Shown in pieces: positions 9,805 through 19,513 of a DNA stretch of 64,000 nt. Source of the DNA: Polyangiaceae bacterium (GTDB lineage Bacteria > Myxococcota_A > Polyangia > Polyangiales > Polyangiaceae); assembly GCA_044376115.1 (NCBI GenBank), contig JBILLK010000001.1, positions 320,001 to 384,000 on the forward strand, in the 5' to 3' direction. The number at the start of each line of letters is the position of its first letter. Positions within the stretch are counted from its first letter, which is position 1. The notes beneath the pieces were generated by a model. It had not been told where the DNA came from and searched no databases. It saw nothing but the letters and a program-made list of their open reading frames with translations. The position numbers were made by a program, and so were the translations under genes.

Positions 9805-10374
9805 ATGGCGCGTTGTCCGTTCGACATCCTCGGTGTCGAGCCTCGTTTCGATCTCGATCTCAAAGCTGTTGCAGAAAACCACCGGGCTCTCGCCAAGACG
9901 CTGCACCCCGACAAGCACGCAGGCACCTCGGCCTCTGAGCGTCGTCTCGCGCTTGGTCACGCCATCGACGTCAATGACGCTGTGCGCGTTCTGAAGGATC
10001 CGATCAAACGGGCAGAAGCGCTGTTTGCACGGTTTGGTTTGGGCACGGGCGAAGTTAGCGAGCCGAAGCCGAGCCCTGCGCTGCTGATGGAGATGATGGA
10101 AGCGCGAGAGGAGCTGGCAGAGGCTGTTCGCAAACGAGACATCGCCCAGGTCCGCTCCCTCAACGCAGGCGTGAATCGCACCAAAGAGGCTGCGCTGAGC
10201 AAGCTCTCGGAGGCCTTTCAAAAAGCCGAGTCCGCGCCAAACAATCGCACCTCGATTCTGATCGCCGCGCTACCCGCGCTCGGCGAGCTTCGCTATGCCA
10301 AGCGCTTTGCGGATGAAGTGGCCGCCTTCGAAGAAGCGCTTGAAGACGACCCCCACCAAGATCGACCCAGCTGA
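9805..10374 (+). CDS. hscB: Co-chaperone HscB
   Basis: J-domain with [36 protein letters not shown]; operon position. Confidence 0.9.
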   Translation: MARCPFDILGVEPRFDLDLKAVAENHRALAKTLHPDKHAGTSASERRLALGHAIDVNDAVRVLKDPIKRAEALFARFGLGTGEVSEPKPSPALLMEMMEAREELAEAVRKRDIAQVRSLNAGVNRTKEAALSKLSEAFQKAESAPNNRTSILIAALPALGELRYAKRFADEVAAFEEALEDDPHQDRPS

Positions 10375-12308
10375 TGCTTCTTGAAATATTCGATCCCAAG
10401 GCTGCACCCCGTCCAATTGGCATTGATCTCGGGACGACCAACTCGCTCGTCGCTCGCATGCGTGATGATGCGCCTGCGGTCATCCTGGACTGCAACCAAG
10501 CGTGGCTCGTTCCGTCGGTGGTCCACTACGCCGAGAGCGGCGCAGTCATCGTTGGTGAGGACGCCGAGCGGCTCGCCCTGCTCGACGCCTCGAACACCAT
10601 CGCCAGCGTCAAGCGGCTGATGGGGCGCGGAGGAGACGACGCTGAGACTAAGCGACTTGGCTCGCTCGAGTTTGCAGCCGCCGAAACAGCCGAGGAAAAA
10701 AAGACGGTGCGCATCAAGGTGCGCGACAAAACGGTAACGCCCGTCGAGGTCTCCGCCGAGATCCTCAAGAAGCTGAAGCAGCTTGCGGTGGACGAGCTGC
10801 AGCGAGTGGGAGGGGCTGTCATCACCGTGCCCGCCTACTTCGACGACGCACAACGTCAGGCGACAAAAGACGCGGCAAAGCTCGCAGGGCTCGAGGTCTT
10901 GCGGCTGCTCAACGAGCCTACGGCCGCTGCGCTCGCCTATGGCTTGGAGAAGCGCAAAGACGGTCTTTTCGCTGTTTATGATCTTGGCGGCGGCACGTTC
11001 GACGTCACGGTGCTCAACCTGGATGACGGCCTGTTCGAGGTGAAGTCCACCGGCGGTGATAGCCAGCTCGGCGGGGACGACATGGATCGCCTGCTCGCCT
11101 CCGCCATCCTCGCCGAACACGGCCTTATCGAGGGCGAGCTCAGCTCGGCGGAGAAACGTGCAGCCTTGGTTGCCGCTCGCCAAATCAAACACGCCCTCAC
11201 GGATGCAAGCTCGGTTGAACTGGACCTCGCCGCGTTGGTCAAGAAGCCGGCGACCTTCAGCATCACACGCGAGCGTTTCAACGAGCTGGTGAAGCCGCTG
11301 ATCGAGCGGACGGGCAGCGCCTGTCGCCGCGCTCTTCGCGATGCCGGCGTCAAAGCCAGCGAGATCGACGGCGTGATCTTGGTGGGTGGCTCCACGCGCG
11401 TACCCGCCGTTCGCGCGTACGTATCCGATCTGTTTGGCAAAGAGCCGCTGGCCGACATCGATCCGGAGAAGGTGGTGGCGTTGGGTGCGGCTCTGCAGGC
11501 TCACCAACTCGCTGGTGAAGGCCCGAAAGAGGATCTTCTACTGCTCGACGTTCTACCGCTTTCACTCGGCATCGAGACGATGGGCGGAGTGTGCGAGAAG
11601 GTCCTTCCGCGCAACACCACCATTCCCACAGCCGCGCGCCAGGTGTTCACAACCTACGCCGACAACCAGACCGGCTTCGAGCTGCACATCGTTCAAGGGG
11701 AACGTGAGCTCGCTGCAGACTGTCGCTCGCTCGCTCGCGTCACCATGCGCGGACTTCCTCCGCTGCCGGCGGGCTTGGCGCGCTTGGAGGTAACCTTCAA
11801 AGTCGACGCCGACGGCTTGCTTCAAGTGCACGCCAAAGAGCTGACCACCGGCAAGGAGCAAACGATCGAAGTTCAGCCGAGCTACGGCCTCAGTGAAGAG
11901 GAGATGGAGGGCATGCTGATGGCAGCGCTCGACCACGGCGAGACCGATCTCGAGCAACGTCGCTTGATCGAGGAGCGCGTTGAAGCCGAGCGCGTGATCC
12001 TCGCGACACAGAACGCCCTCAACGTGGACGCGGACTTGCTCAGCGCGGAGGAGCGCAGCGCCATTGCAACGGCGTTGACAGAGCTCGCCGCAGCGCTGAA
12101 GGGCAGCTCTCCCAGCCTGATTCACGCGCGCATCGAGATGCTCGACGGCGTCACCAAAGCGTGGGCCGGCCTGCGCATGGACCGGGCGATCGCGCGGGCG
12201 CTCGGTGGTAAAGGCATCGACGGAGTCGAAGAGACGGTGGCGCAAGCCAAAGGCGTGGATGAACACGTCGCGGCGCACGCTGAGGCACGAGCACGGGGAG
12301 CGATTTGA
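10374..12308 (+). CDS. hscA: Fe-S assembly Hsp70 chaperone HscA
   Basis: [73 protein letters not shown]-coupled to hscB. Confidence 0.95.
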   Translation: MLLEIFDPKAAPRPIGIDLGTTNSLVARMRDDAPAVILDCNQAWLVPSVVHYAESGAVIVGEDAERLALLDASNTIASVKRLMGRGGDDAETKRLGSLEFAAAETAEEKKTVRIKVRDKTVTPVEVSAEILKKLKQLAVDELQRVGGAVITVPAYFDDAQRQATKDAAKLAGLEVLRLLNEPTAAALAYGLEKRKDGLFAVYDLGGGTFDVTVLNLDDGLFEVKSTGGDSQLGGDDMDRLLASAILAEHGLIEGELSSAEKRAALVAARQIKHALTDASSVELDLAALVKKPATFSITRERFNELVKPLIERTGSACRRALRDAGVKASEIDGVILVGGSTRVPAVRAYVSDLFGKEPLADIDPEKVVALGAALQAHQLAGEGPKEDLLLLDVLPLSLGIETMGGVCEKVLPRNTTIPTAARQVFTTYADNQTGFELHIVQGERELAADCRSLARVTMRGLPPLPAGLARLEVTFKVDADGLLQVHAKELTTGKEQTIEVQPSYGLSEEEMEGMLMAALDHGETDLEQRRLIEERVEAERVILATQNALNVDADLLSAEERSAIATALTELAAALKGSSPSLIHARIEMLDGVTKAWAGLRMDRAIARALGGKGIDGVEETVAQAKGVDEHVAAHAEARARGAI

Positions 12309-12309
12309 G

Positions 12310-12672
12310 ATGCCGACGGTACGTTGGTTGGCTCACGGTACGAGCTGGGAAACAACGGTTGAACTCGGGGCGGATCTGCGTACCGCGTCGAAGTTGGTGG
12401 AGGCGCCCGAGGGCGACGCCTGCGGTGGCGTTTGCGCCTGTTCGACCTGCCACGTCTATGTGACCAAAGGTCGCGAGCTGCTCAGCCCGGCCGAAGAGGA
12501 GGAAGAGGACATCCTCGATAAGGCGTTCGATGTCCGGTCGAATAGCCGGCTCGGCTGTCAGGCCAAAGTGATGAAAGACGGCCTGGTCGAAGTCGAGGTC
12601 ACGCGCGAGAGCCTCGACGCCTTCTACAACGAGCATCCGCAGGCGATCGATCCGCGCAAGAAGAAGCACTGA
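12310..12672 (+). CDS. fdx: ISC-type [2Fe-2S] ferredoxin
   Basis: ACGGVCACSTCHVYV and SRLGCQ motifs. Confidence 0.93.
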   Translation: MPTVRWLAHGTSWETTVELGADLRTASKLVEAPEGDACGGVCACSTCHVYVTKGRELLSPAEEEEEDILDKAFDVRSNSRLGCQAKVMKDGLVEVEVTRESLDAFYNEHPQAIDPRKKKH

Positions 12673-12704
12673 CGGGCAGCACTGACCGTCGTTCGCACAC
12701 AAAC

Positions 12705-12735
12705 GCAAGAAGGCTCCTTTCGGAGCCTTCTTTGC
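12705..12735. terminator. Bidirectional terminator ending the isc operon
   Basis: AAGAAGGCTCC-TTTC-GGAGCCTTCTT followed by T. Confidence 0.75.
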
Positions 12736-12751
12736 TTCGAACCGCTAGGGT

Positions 12752-14020
12752 TCAGTTCGCTGCGAGGTCCACCTTCAACGTGTAGGAACCGCGTTCCACC
12801 AAGTCGGTGCCGTCAACCGCTGCAAGCCAGCCATCAACGAAGACGAAGTAGTCGGTGTTGGGTACGACTGCGAAGGTCACGACTTCGGGCACCTGGAAGG
12901 CATTCTGATCGTCCGAGCAATCTAGCTCGGCACCTGCGCCGCAAGATCCCTGGCGCACGTAAAGGCTGCGGTCCCAGCAGCCAGGGGGATAGGGGAGAGC
13001 CGGCTCAGCATTGATGTCGGGTCCGCAGGACGGCACACCATCGAGACCGAGGCCGACCGTAATGGTCATCGTCCCGGTCACCGTGGAACGCACGCGGTAA
13101 ACGTGATCCGCGGCGTAGGTGTATTCCGGCCCAAAGATCGACGGATCGAGCTGGCAGGAACCGTTGGCGTTGTTGACGGCGCCGAGCGTCGTCGGCAGCG
13201 GTGCGGCGGCGGGAATGAAGATGGTGCCAGGCGAAATCAGCTTGGCTGCGCCGGCTTCAGCGGCGGAGCAATCCTCGAGGGCAGGGTCCGGGTCTTCAAT
13301 CACGCAGCTCGCGTTGCAACCATCACCAGGCTGCGTGTTGCCGTCTTCACACTCTTCACCCGGGTTGCTGACGAAGTCGCCACACGTGGGAACGCCGCAG
13401 TCGATCTCGAGATCGAAGTCGCCGGGCTCACCCTGGACGGCAAGCGTGTAGCTGCCCGCTTCCATGTGGAGCAACAAGCGTTCGCCAGCCGAGGTTGCGT
13501 TAGCGCAGAAGTCTGCATCCGTCTCAGGATCCTCACTGCACACGGAGCGCAGCGAAACCTCGGTATCCGTCATGCTGAGCGTGCGAATATTCAGGCTGCA
13601 AGCCCCGCTCAACGTGAGCTGGTAGGTGAGGTCTCCCCAGGTATCGGGGTTGGTGAAATCTCCGTCGACACAAGAGCTATTGAGCTCGTTGCCAGTCGTC
13701 GCGTCGATGGTGCCAGAGAACTTGGCTACGTCTCCGGGGGCCAGGCTGACTGGCGTTGCAGTGCTGCAGTCCTCATTCAGGGGAGGTGCGCCACCAACGC
13801 CACCAACACCGCCGTCGCCGCCGTTGTTGCCGACGCCGCCATCACCACCGTTGTTGCCAACGCCACCGTCGCCGCCGTTGTTGTTACCAACGCCGCCCTC
13901 ACCCGCGTTGGCGCCGGTGCCGCCACTTCCGCCGGTTCCCGAGTCACCACAGCTGCAGGCTGCGAGCACAGCAAGCGAACCAACCGACGAGACCAACCAC
14001 TGACTCATCCCCATACGCAT
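12752..14020 (-). CDS. Cys-rich lipoprotein with Myxococcus cysteine-rich (DUF4215-like) repeat and PPC-like beta domains
   Basis: AGGAGG RBS; lipobox LAAC; GGDGGVGNN repeats; CGDFVSNPGEECEDGNTQPGDGCNASC; YFVFVDG...GSYTLKV. Confidence 0.75.
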   Translation of the reverse strand: MRMGMSQWLVSSVGSLAVLAACSCGDSGTGGSGGTGANAGEGGVGNNNGGDGGVGNNGGDGGVGNNGGDGGVGGVGGAPPLNEDCSTATPVSLAPGDVAKFSGTIDATTGNELNSSCVDGDFTNPDTWGDLTYQLTLSGACSLNIRTLSMTDTEVSLRSVCSEDPETDADFCANATSAGERLLLHMEAGSYTLAVQGEPGDFDLEIDCGVPTCGDFVSNPGEECEDGNTQPGDGCNASCVIEDPDPALEDCSAAEAGAAKLISPGTIFIPAAAPLPTTLGAVNNANGSCQLDPSIFGPEYTYAADHVYRVRSTVTGTMTITVGLGLDGVPSCGPDINAEPALPYPPGCWDRSLYVRQGSCGAGAELDCSDDQNAFQVPEVVTFAVVPNTDYFVFVDGWLAAVDGTDLVERGSYTLKVDLAAN

Positions 14021-14117
14021 ACGCAAGCCTCCTAAAAGCGGGTTCGGTGAACAACGACCTGCAGACATTCACGACTGCGGCCGAGGTAAGGAAGAAACGA
14101 ACATAGCAGGTGGTTGC

Positions 14118-15779
14118 TCACAGATCCCGTTCCTCGTGACGCTCCACTTGGACGCACTGAAAAGTCTCGGGAACCACCGAATGGTGGTGTGCAACAATGA
14201 CCACCATCTTCTGGCTGGCCTTCCGCCCCAGGAGTTCATGCAAGCGCTTTCGAGAGGCTTCATCAAGGCCGGCCTCTGGCTCGTCCAACAGCAGGAGTCG
14301 AGCGTCCGACGCTAGGGCGCGCGCAAGCAACACGCGACGTTGTTCACCGCCGGACAGTTCTCCCATCGGTAGGTCGAGAGGATCGCAGCCCTTTCGTTTG
14401 GCCCGGCGACGCAGAACGTCTCCCAGGCCCAGCTCCTCGAGCGCGACCATCGCACCCCCCGACTGCAGTTCGGCGGTATCGAACAGGCTCATGTGCCAAC
14501 GCAAGCTCTCATCGGGCACGACGTGCGCGCGTTGAGGAAGGACGCAGCTTTGTCTGCGCACGTTGGCCCATTGCGCCTCAGACAAGGGTTCACCGTTGAC
14601 CAGAATCCCCGGTGCTTCCACGAGCCCGAGCAACGCCATCAAGGTCGTGGTTTTGCCGTTGCCGTTCGGGCCCAAGAGCGCAACTCCACCCGGACATCGC
14701 AGCTCGAAGCTGAGTTCATTTGGCGTCGCAGCGGTCGCACCGAGATGCTTGAAGGAGAACCCTCGCGCCTCCAGCCGCTCCACTGGTGGGCCCGCGATCT
14801 CGCTGGAAGCAACGCCGTGGCTTTGGGTGAGCGGGGCGAAATAGCCGACGCTGCGCCCAAGAAAGGCGCCAACCATCTCGCGACCGCCAACCCCACGCGC
14901 GAGCGCCTCCAGCGACGTCACCAAAGCGAGCGTCGCCGATACGCCGGCGGCGGCGAGTACGCTCGCCTCCCCGAGTTTGTCGCGAACGATCGTCTCAACC
15001 CATGCTCGCGGAAGCAGCGCGACGCCGAGCGCAACCGCGGCTGGGATCAGCGCGGCGGTGATCCCGAGCCAGTGCGCCTGCCGCTCGAAGAAGGCCAGCT
15101 TGCGTACCAGCCCTCGGAAGTTCGCGTCCACACGCTCTTCGAGCCCTCCCCCGCGAATCTCGAACGATCCGAACATCAGCGCATCCAACAGCCGCATGCC
15201 TCGAAAGTGCGTCTGCCAAGCGTTGTCGCGAGCTTGTCTTCCGCGAACGCGCAGCGGTCTCAGGAGGAGCAACATCAACACTGCGGCTCCCCCTCCCAGC
15301 AGGAGGTACTGCGCACCCAAGCGAAGCGTTACGACGCCGAGAACCACACTCAGAGTAAGCAGAGAAGCAGCCGCATCGGGGAAGGCGGTGGATTGCGTCA
15401 TCGCCACGTCAAACGCCGCGTCTGAAAGCGTACCTGTGGCCTGCTTCGGACGGTTCGCGAGCAGGGTGGGGATGTCTTTCTTCCGTAGTTCCTCGGAGAT
15501 CGCGAAGAACACGTCTTCGATTCGGCGACGGAAGAGTTCGCCTTTGGCGAGAGTGCGCAAGGCTGAAGCGATCGTTGCTGCACCAGAGGCGATGGCAGCC
15601 ACTTGCAGCGGGTTCTCGGGCGCCGTGAACAGCACAAAGAGCGTCCCCAAAAGGGTCACCTTCGAGAGCGCCTCCAGCGCAATAACGAAGACTGTCCACG
15701 CCCTCACCGGCACACGTTCGCCTAGTTCCCTGCCGGGAGGAAGGGCGTTGCGCCCGTCAAACTCTCGTGGGAGCGTCAT
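14118..15779 (-). CDS. ABC transporter, fused permease plus ATPase (probable lasso-peptide exporter)
   Basis: N-terminal TM helices; Walker A GPNGNGKTT; signature LSGGEQRR; Walker B LLLLDEPE; H-loop VAHH; divergent from B2. Exact start is uncertain. Confidence 0.8.
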   Translation of the reverse strand: MTLPREFDGRNALPPGRELGERVPVRAWTVFVIALEALSKVTLLGTLFVLFTAPENPLQVAAIASGAATIASALRTLAKGELFRRRIEDVFFAISEELRKKDIPTLLANRPKQATGTLSDAAFDVAMTQSTAFPDAAASLLTLSVVLGVVTLRLGAQYLLLGGGAAVLMLLLLRPLRVRGRQARDNAWQTHFRGMRLLDALMFGSFEIRGGGLEERVDANFRGLVRKLAFFERQAHWLGITAALIPAAVALGVALLPRAWVETIVRDKLGEASVLAAAGVSATLALVTSLEALARGVGGREMVGAFLGRSVGYFAPLTQSHGVASSEIAGPPVERLEARGFSFKHLGATAATPNELSFELRCPGGVALLGPNGNGKTTTLMALLGLVEAPGILVNGEPLSEAQWANVRRQSCVLPQRAHVVPDESLRWHMSLFDTAELQSGGAMVALEELGLGDVLRRRAKRKGCDPLDLPMGELSGGEQRRVLLARALASDARLLLLDEPEAGLDEASRKRLHELLGRKASQKMVVIVAHHHSVVPETFQCVQVERHEERDL

Positions 15780-15782
15780 TGA

Positions 15783-16223
15783 ATGAGAGCCGGCACCGTG
15801 CATACGTGGCTGCGCCTGGCTAAAGCTGAGCGGACTTTCGGAGCAATGGCCTTCGCCCTCGCAACACCGGTTGGGCTTGGGCTTCGGCTCGTTGGCTTTG
15901 CTCGTATGAACGCCCTGGTGGCACGGCTACCGCTAGTCGCGCCTCCTACCTGTGGCGGCGTTACCCCCGAGCGCGGGGAGGTGCTGGTTGCGCGCGCCTT
16001 TGCGCACGCTCCTGCAACGCCGGGCTGCCTGCCCCAAGCACTGGTGCAGACTGCGGTGCACCGCTTGCTCGGGCGCGACGTGTCGCTGGTTATTGGTGTG
16101 CGCCGCGGCGGAAGCCATGCAGCAGGTGGCCCCGTAGACTTCGAAGCGCACGCCTGGGTTGATGATCGCACGGGAGTACGTGCAGATCCGACCCATCAAG
16201 AGATCTATCGGAGTTCGCTTTGA
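15783..16223 (+). CDS. Lasso peptide leader peptidase B2 (transglutaminase-like)
   Basis: GCLPQAL (catalytic Cys), LVIGVRR, FEAHAWVD (His, Asp); directly upstream of an asparagine-synthase-like gene. Confidence 0.9.
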   Translation: MRAGTVHTWLRLAKAERTFGAMAFALATPVGLGLRLVGFARMNALVARLPLVAPPTCGGVTPERGEVLVARAFAHAPATPGCLPQALVQTAVHRLLGRDVSLVIGVRRGGSHAAGGPVDFEAHAWVDDRTGVRADPTHQEIYRSSL

Positions 16224-18061
16224 ACCACATCGTGGCCTTATTCGACCAACAGCAGTTGGACCCGCGCGCAGCGCAGGCGCTCGGCACGCGCCGCGGCCCC
16301 GCTTGGGATCGAGTGGATCGCTTCACCGACGGCATCGCTGACATCGTCGTTGGGAGCTACGCTGCTTGCTCGAGCGAGCTTGGGCGTTCGGGCCTGGTGG
16401 TTGATACCGAGTCGCCCCTCGTGTTCGCATTTGATGGCTTCCTGGGCGCGCGCGAGGAGCTGGAGCGATGGCTCGGACCGCTCGGCTCATCGAGCCAAGC
16501 CGAAATCGCTTTGCGCGCCTTCAAGCGATTTGGTGAAGCGGCCGCGCAGATGTTGACGGGCGACTTCGCCTTTGTTGCCTACGACCGTGAGACGCGAACG
16601 GTGGTGGCCGCCGTTGATCCGTTCGCGACTCGTCCTCTCCATCGCGGTCAATACGCCACGAGCTTCTGTTTCGCGAGCAGCCAACGTGCGGTTCGCTGTG
16701 CGCTCGCGCAGCCGTTGCAAGCCGACGCTGACAGCCTCGCCGCGATGCTCTTTTACGAGCTCGTCACCCGGGAGCGGAGCCTTTACGAGGGGGTGCAAAC
16801 GCTGAGTCCCGGCTCATCAGTTGCGCTGAATGGCTCCACAATCCGAACCAGCAACTACTTCCAGTTCGAACTTTGTGAGGTGCGAACTCTGCCGGAACGG
16901 ACACACCTTGAGCGAGTGGCGCGCTCGCTCGATGAGGCCACGCGAGACCGTCTACGAGATGTTGAACGGGTGGGCATCCTCGCCTCCGGGGGGCTTGATT
17001 CGACCGTGATTGCAGCGCTGGTTGCTCGCGAGTGCCGGCGGCGAGGCAGTCCACCGCCAGTGCTCTTTCACTTTCGTGCCCGTGGCTTCGAGGCCGACGA
17101 GTTTCCTTTCGCAAAGCAGCTCGCCGAGCACCTCGATCTCGAGCTGCTGAGCTTTGAACGGGATCAGCCCTACCTGCCCGGCAACGCCCTCCACGACTTC
17201 TCACAGCCCGCGAGCGCTGCACACCAAGCGATGTTTCAAGCCGCCTTGCGACAAGGCATTCGCGTGCTTTTCACCGGCCAAGGGAGTGACGAGCTGCAGT
17301 GGCGCAACGGACGAGAGGTGGATGGCGCGCTAGCTGAGGGTCGGTGGACGGAGGCCGTACGATTCGTTGGCCTCAATAAGCAGCCGTTCAAGTTCGCTGC
17401 CTATCGACGCCTCGCGGGGGGCCTCAAGCGAGCGCTGACTTCGAGAGCACGACTTCGGGACAAGGCTCGCCGTAGTTTCGCCGCTCGCCTCCCTGACTGG
17501 CTTACTCCGCGGGGCAAAGCGGCGGTCCTTGCAGCCCACGACGACTGGGCAACAGCGGAGGCTGCTCTGCAGCATCCAAACGCGGCCCGCCGCACGCTAT
17601 GCGCGGAATTGGTCTGGTCCACCGGCATGACCTTTGGACATCAGAGCGAGTTCTCCTTCGCCTCGGAGAACGGCATCGAGCTTCGGCACCCGTTTATGGA
17701 CGCGCGGGTTTCCGCTGCATATCTGCAGGTTCCGTCAGCCCTGATGGTTGCACCGGAGGTCATCAAACCCTTCACCCGTCGCATCGCCGCACAACTTGTG
17801 CCGCATGGGTTGGCCTACAGACCACCCCCGTCGGACTATGGAAGTATGATCAGCTCGGCGTTGGACAAGGCCGATGTTTGGATTCGTGCCCTTGAACAGA
17901 ACGGGCGTCTGTTCGAGACCGGCATCGTCGATCGCGAAAAGCTGCTCGCGGCCCTTGCAGCCAAGCCCCCTGAGTCTTTCAGCTTTCCAGAGCTGGCTTG
18001 TCTGCAGGCCGAAGACTGGCTGAACGGATTATCCTCAAGCAGCTCCGCCCTCTTTTTGTGA
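16220..18061 (+). CDS. Lasso cyclase (asparagine synthetase-like isopeptide ligase)
   Basis: GDFAFVAYD, AVDPFATRPL, ATP loop ASGGLDST, FTGQGSDE, ELRHPFMD. Lacks the N-terminal glutaminase Cys (starts MNHIVA). Confidence 0.88.
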   Translation: MNHIVALFDQQQLDPRAAQALGTRRGPAWDRVDRFTDGIADIVVGSYAACSSELGRSGLVVDTESPLVFAFDGFLGAREELERWLGPLGSSSQAEIALRAFKRFGEAAAQMLTGDFAFVAYDRETRTVVAAVDPFATRPLHRGQYATSFCFASSQRAVRCALAQPLQADADSLAAMLFYELVTRERSLYEGVQTLSPGSSVALNGSTIRTSNYFQFELCEVRTLPERTHLERVARSLDEATRDRLRDVERVGILASGGLDSTVIAALVARECRRRGSPPPVLFHFRARGFEADEFPFAKQLAEHLDLELLSFERDQPYLPGNALHDFSQPASAAHQAMFQAALRQGIRVLFTGQGSDELQWRNGREVDGALAEGRWTEAVRFVGLNKQPFKFAAYRRLAGGLKRALTSRARLRDKARRSFAARLPDWLTPRGKAAVLAAHDDWATAEAALQHPNAARRTLCAELVWSTGMTFGHQSEFSFASENGIELRHPFMDARVSAAYLQVPSALMVAPEVIKPFTRRIAAQLVPHGLAYRPPPSDYGSMISSALDKADVWIRALEQNGRLFETGIVDREKLLAALAAKPPESFSFPELACLQAEDWLNGLSSSSSALFL

Positions 18062-18121
18062 ATGGGGCAAGGCCCGCTTACAACTCATGGTAAGCTGCAA
18101 GCCTTTCCGAGGAACCCGAGC

Positions 18122-18298
18122 ATGGCAAAGACCGAAGAGAAACCGTTCGACGCGCCCGTTGGCCAAGCCAGGGGGCTAACCCCACGGAAGCCCTATTCGA
18201 AACCAGAGCTCTTGGTCTATGGGCGCATTGAAGACATGACGCGCGCCAGCGGCAAGTCGGGCAAAGAGCCTGGTGCCGGCGCCAAGCCCCGCAAGTGA
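18122..18298 (+). CDS. Lasso peptide precursor (58 aa); predicted core ASGKSGKEPGAGAKPRK, ring Ala1-Glu8
   Basis: GAGGA upstream. Leader RKPYSKPELLVYGRIEDMTR matches YxxPxLxxxGxxxxxT with Thr at -2. Core starts with Ala and has Glu at position 8. Confidence 0.88.
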   Translation: MAKTEEKPFDAPVGQARGLTPRKPYSKPELLVYGRIEDMTRASGKSGKEPGAGAKPRK

Positions 18299-18313
18299 AG
18301 CTGTTCTTTTGAG

Positions 18314-19168
18314 GTGAGCTTCGTCGTCGATTGGGGAGCGGCTTCGGAGCTCGAGGACGAGCACGAGTGGTTCGTTGTGTACGAGAGCCACGGCCAGAGG
18401 AACGTCGCGGTGGCGCGGACAAAAACCGGCTACCTAGTGCGGGTGTTCGGCGTGAGCGACTACGACGTTGGCCCTTCGACGGTCACCTTTCACCCTGCCA
18501 CGGGTGTTTCCCCAGCAGCCACAGAGGACGCCTACAAGCTCGCGGTCTTACCGGCGCTGCATCAGCTTAACGGCCGGCCAGCCTTGCACGCGTCGGCCGT
18601 CGCCGGCGAGCGAGGAGCCATTGCCTTCGTTGGCCCCTCGGGCCGGGGCAAATCAACCCTAGCGGCCTTGCTCTCGAGCGGCGGGCACTATCGTCTGATG
18701 GCCGACGACTACCTTCCGCTGCACCTCGATGAAGCTGGTCAGGTCTGGGCCACTCCCACCTCGACCGCCGTTCGCCTGCGTGGCCCAGCCGCGGAGCAAC
18801 TCAACGAAACCAAGGTCTTTCACCAAGGGAAGTTCGTCGCCGCGAGGCCCGTTGCTCATCACCCGCAACCGCTCGTCCGACTGTACGTCATCACCGTAGG
18901 GGTCGAGACGCGCGTCATCTCAATGAAGGGCCGAGATGCCGTGGCGGTCGTTGCGGAACACCTGCAGCGACTCGACCCGCACGATCCCGAGCTCCTCAAG
19001 ATCGAGTTCGAGTTCATCGACGCACTAGTCAAGCGCGTTCGGGTGGCGGAGCTTAGCTATCCAAGCCGCTACGAGACCGCGGAGATCGAGGCCGTGATCG
19101 CACATGACCTCCAGAGTAACGGCCTGCAGCTATCAGGTGACGACCACCAGCTTGGCCGCCAACAATGA
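18314..19168 (+). CDS. HPr kinase-like (lasso-associated) kinase
   Basis: LHASAV, Walker A FVGPSGRGKSTLAA, LMADDYLPL, P.PLVRLYVI; immediately downstream of the precursor. Confidence 0.85.
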   Translation: MSFVVDWGAASELEDEHEWFVVYESHGQRNVAVARTKTGYLVRVFGVSDYDVGPSTVTFHPATGVSPAATEDAYKLAVLPALHQLNGRPALHASAVAGERGAIAFVGPSGRGKSTLAALLSSGGHYRLMADDYLPLHLDEAGQVWATPTSTAVRLRGPAAEQLNETKVFHQGKFVAARPVAHHPQPLVRLYVITVGVETRVISMKGRDAVAVVAEHLQRLDPHDPELLKIEFEFIDALVKRVRVAELSYPSRYETAEIEAVIAHDLQSNGLQLSGDDHQLGRQQ

Positions 19169-19420
19169 GCCCAAAAGCTCCGCGAGGTCGGCCTGTATTT
19201 TGGCCTCATCGGCGTCGAACTCGGCCCCGAGCTGATCGCACAGTCCGCCAAACGATATGCCCTCCCCGATGAGCTCCCAAGCACGTGTGGCGACCTCATT
19301 CATGCCGCAATATGTGCCTGTTCCAAGGTTCAGAAGCACCGCCTCTTCGTCGATCACGCGAGACAGGACCTGGGGAGAGCGAACAATGCGAGTGTCGCGT
19401 GAGACCATAGGATTGAGCAT
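19133..19420 (-). CDS. PqqD-family RiPP recognition element (lasso B1)
   Basis: VLSRVIDEEAVLLNLGTGTYCGMNEVATRAWELI...LGAEFDADEAKIQADLAELLGSLLAAKLV is a typical PqqD/RRE pattern. Confidence 0.92.
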   Translation of the reverse strand: MLNPMVSRDTRIVRSPQVLSRVIDEEAVLLNLGTGTYCGMNEVATRAWELIGEGISFGGLCDQLGAEFDADEAKIQADLAELLGSLLAAKLVVVT

Positions 19421-19513
19421 AGATCAGGCCTGGAGAAGGAAGGGTGGCTCGAATGTACGGCTTGGTTGCACGGAACCGCGACGTGGATCACGCGTGCTTG
19501 GGGAACTTCACTA

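Noticed and set aside
10293..11507. 404-aa minus-strand ORF
   Set aside because: Antisense shadow of hscA. Long antisense ORFs opposite Hsp70 genes are a well-known artefact, often mislabelled as NAD-glutamate dehydrogenase.
16220..18061. Ordinary asparagine synthase / EPS amidotransferase
   Set aside because: It lacks the N-terminal catalytic Cys and is flanked by B2, an RRE and a consensus lasso precursor, so lasso cyclase fits better.
18062..18121. Longer 78-aa precursor start at 18062
   Set aside because: ATG 18122 has a GAGGA RBS and gives a typical leader length. The core prediction is the same either way.
19133..19420. PQQ biosynthesis
   Set aside because: No pqqA/B/C/E in the window; the PqqD fold here is explained as the lasso RRE.
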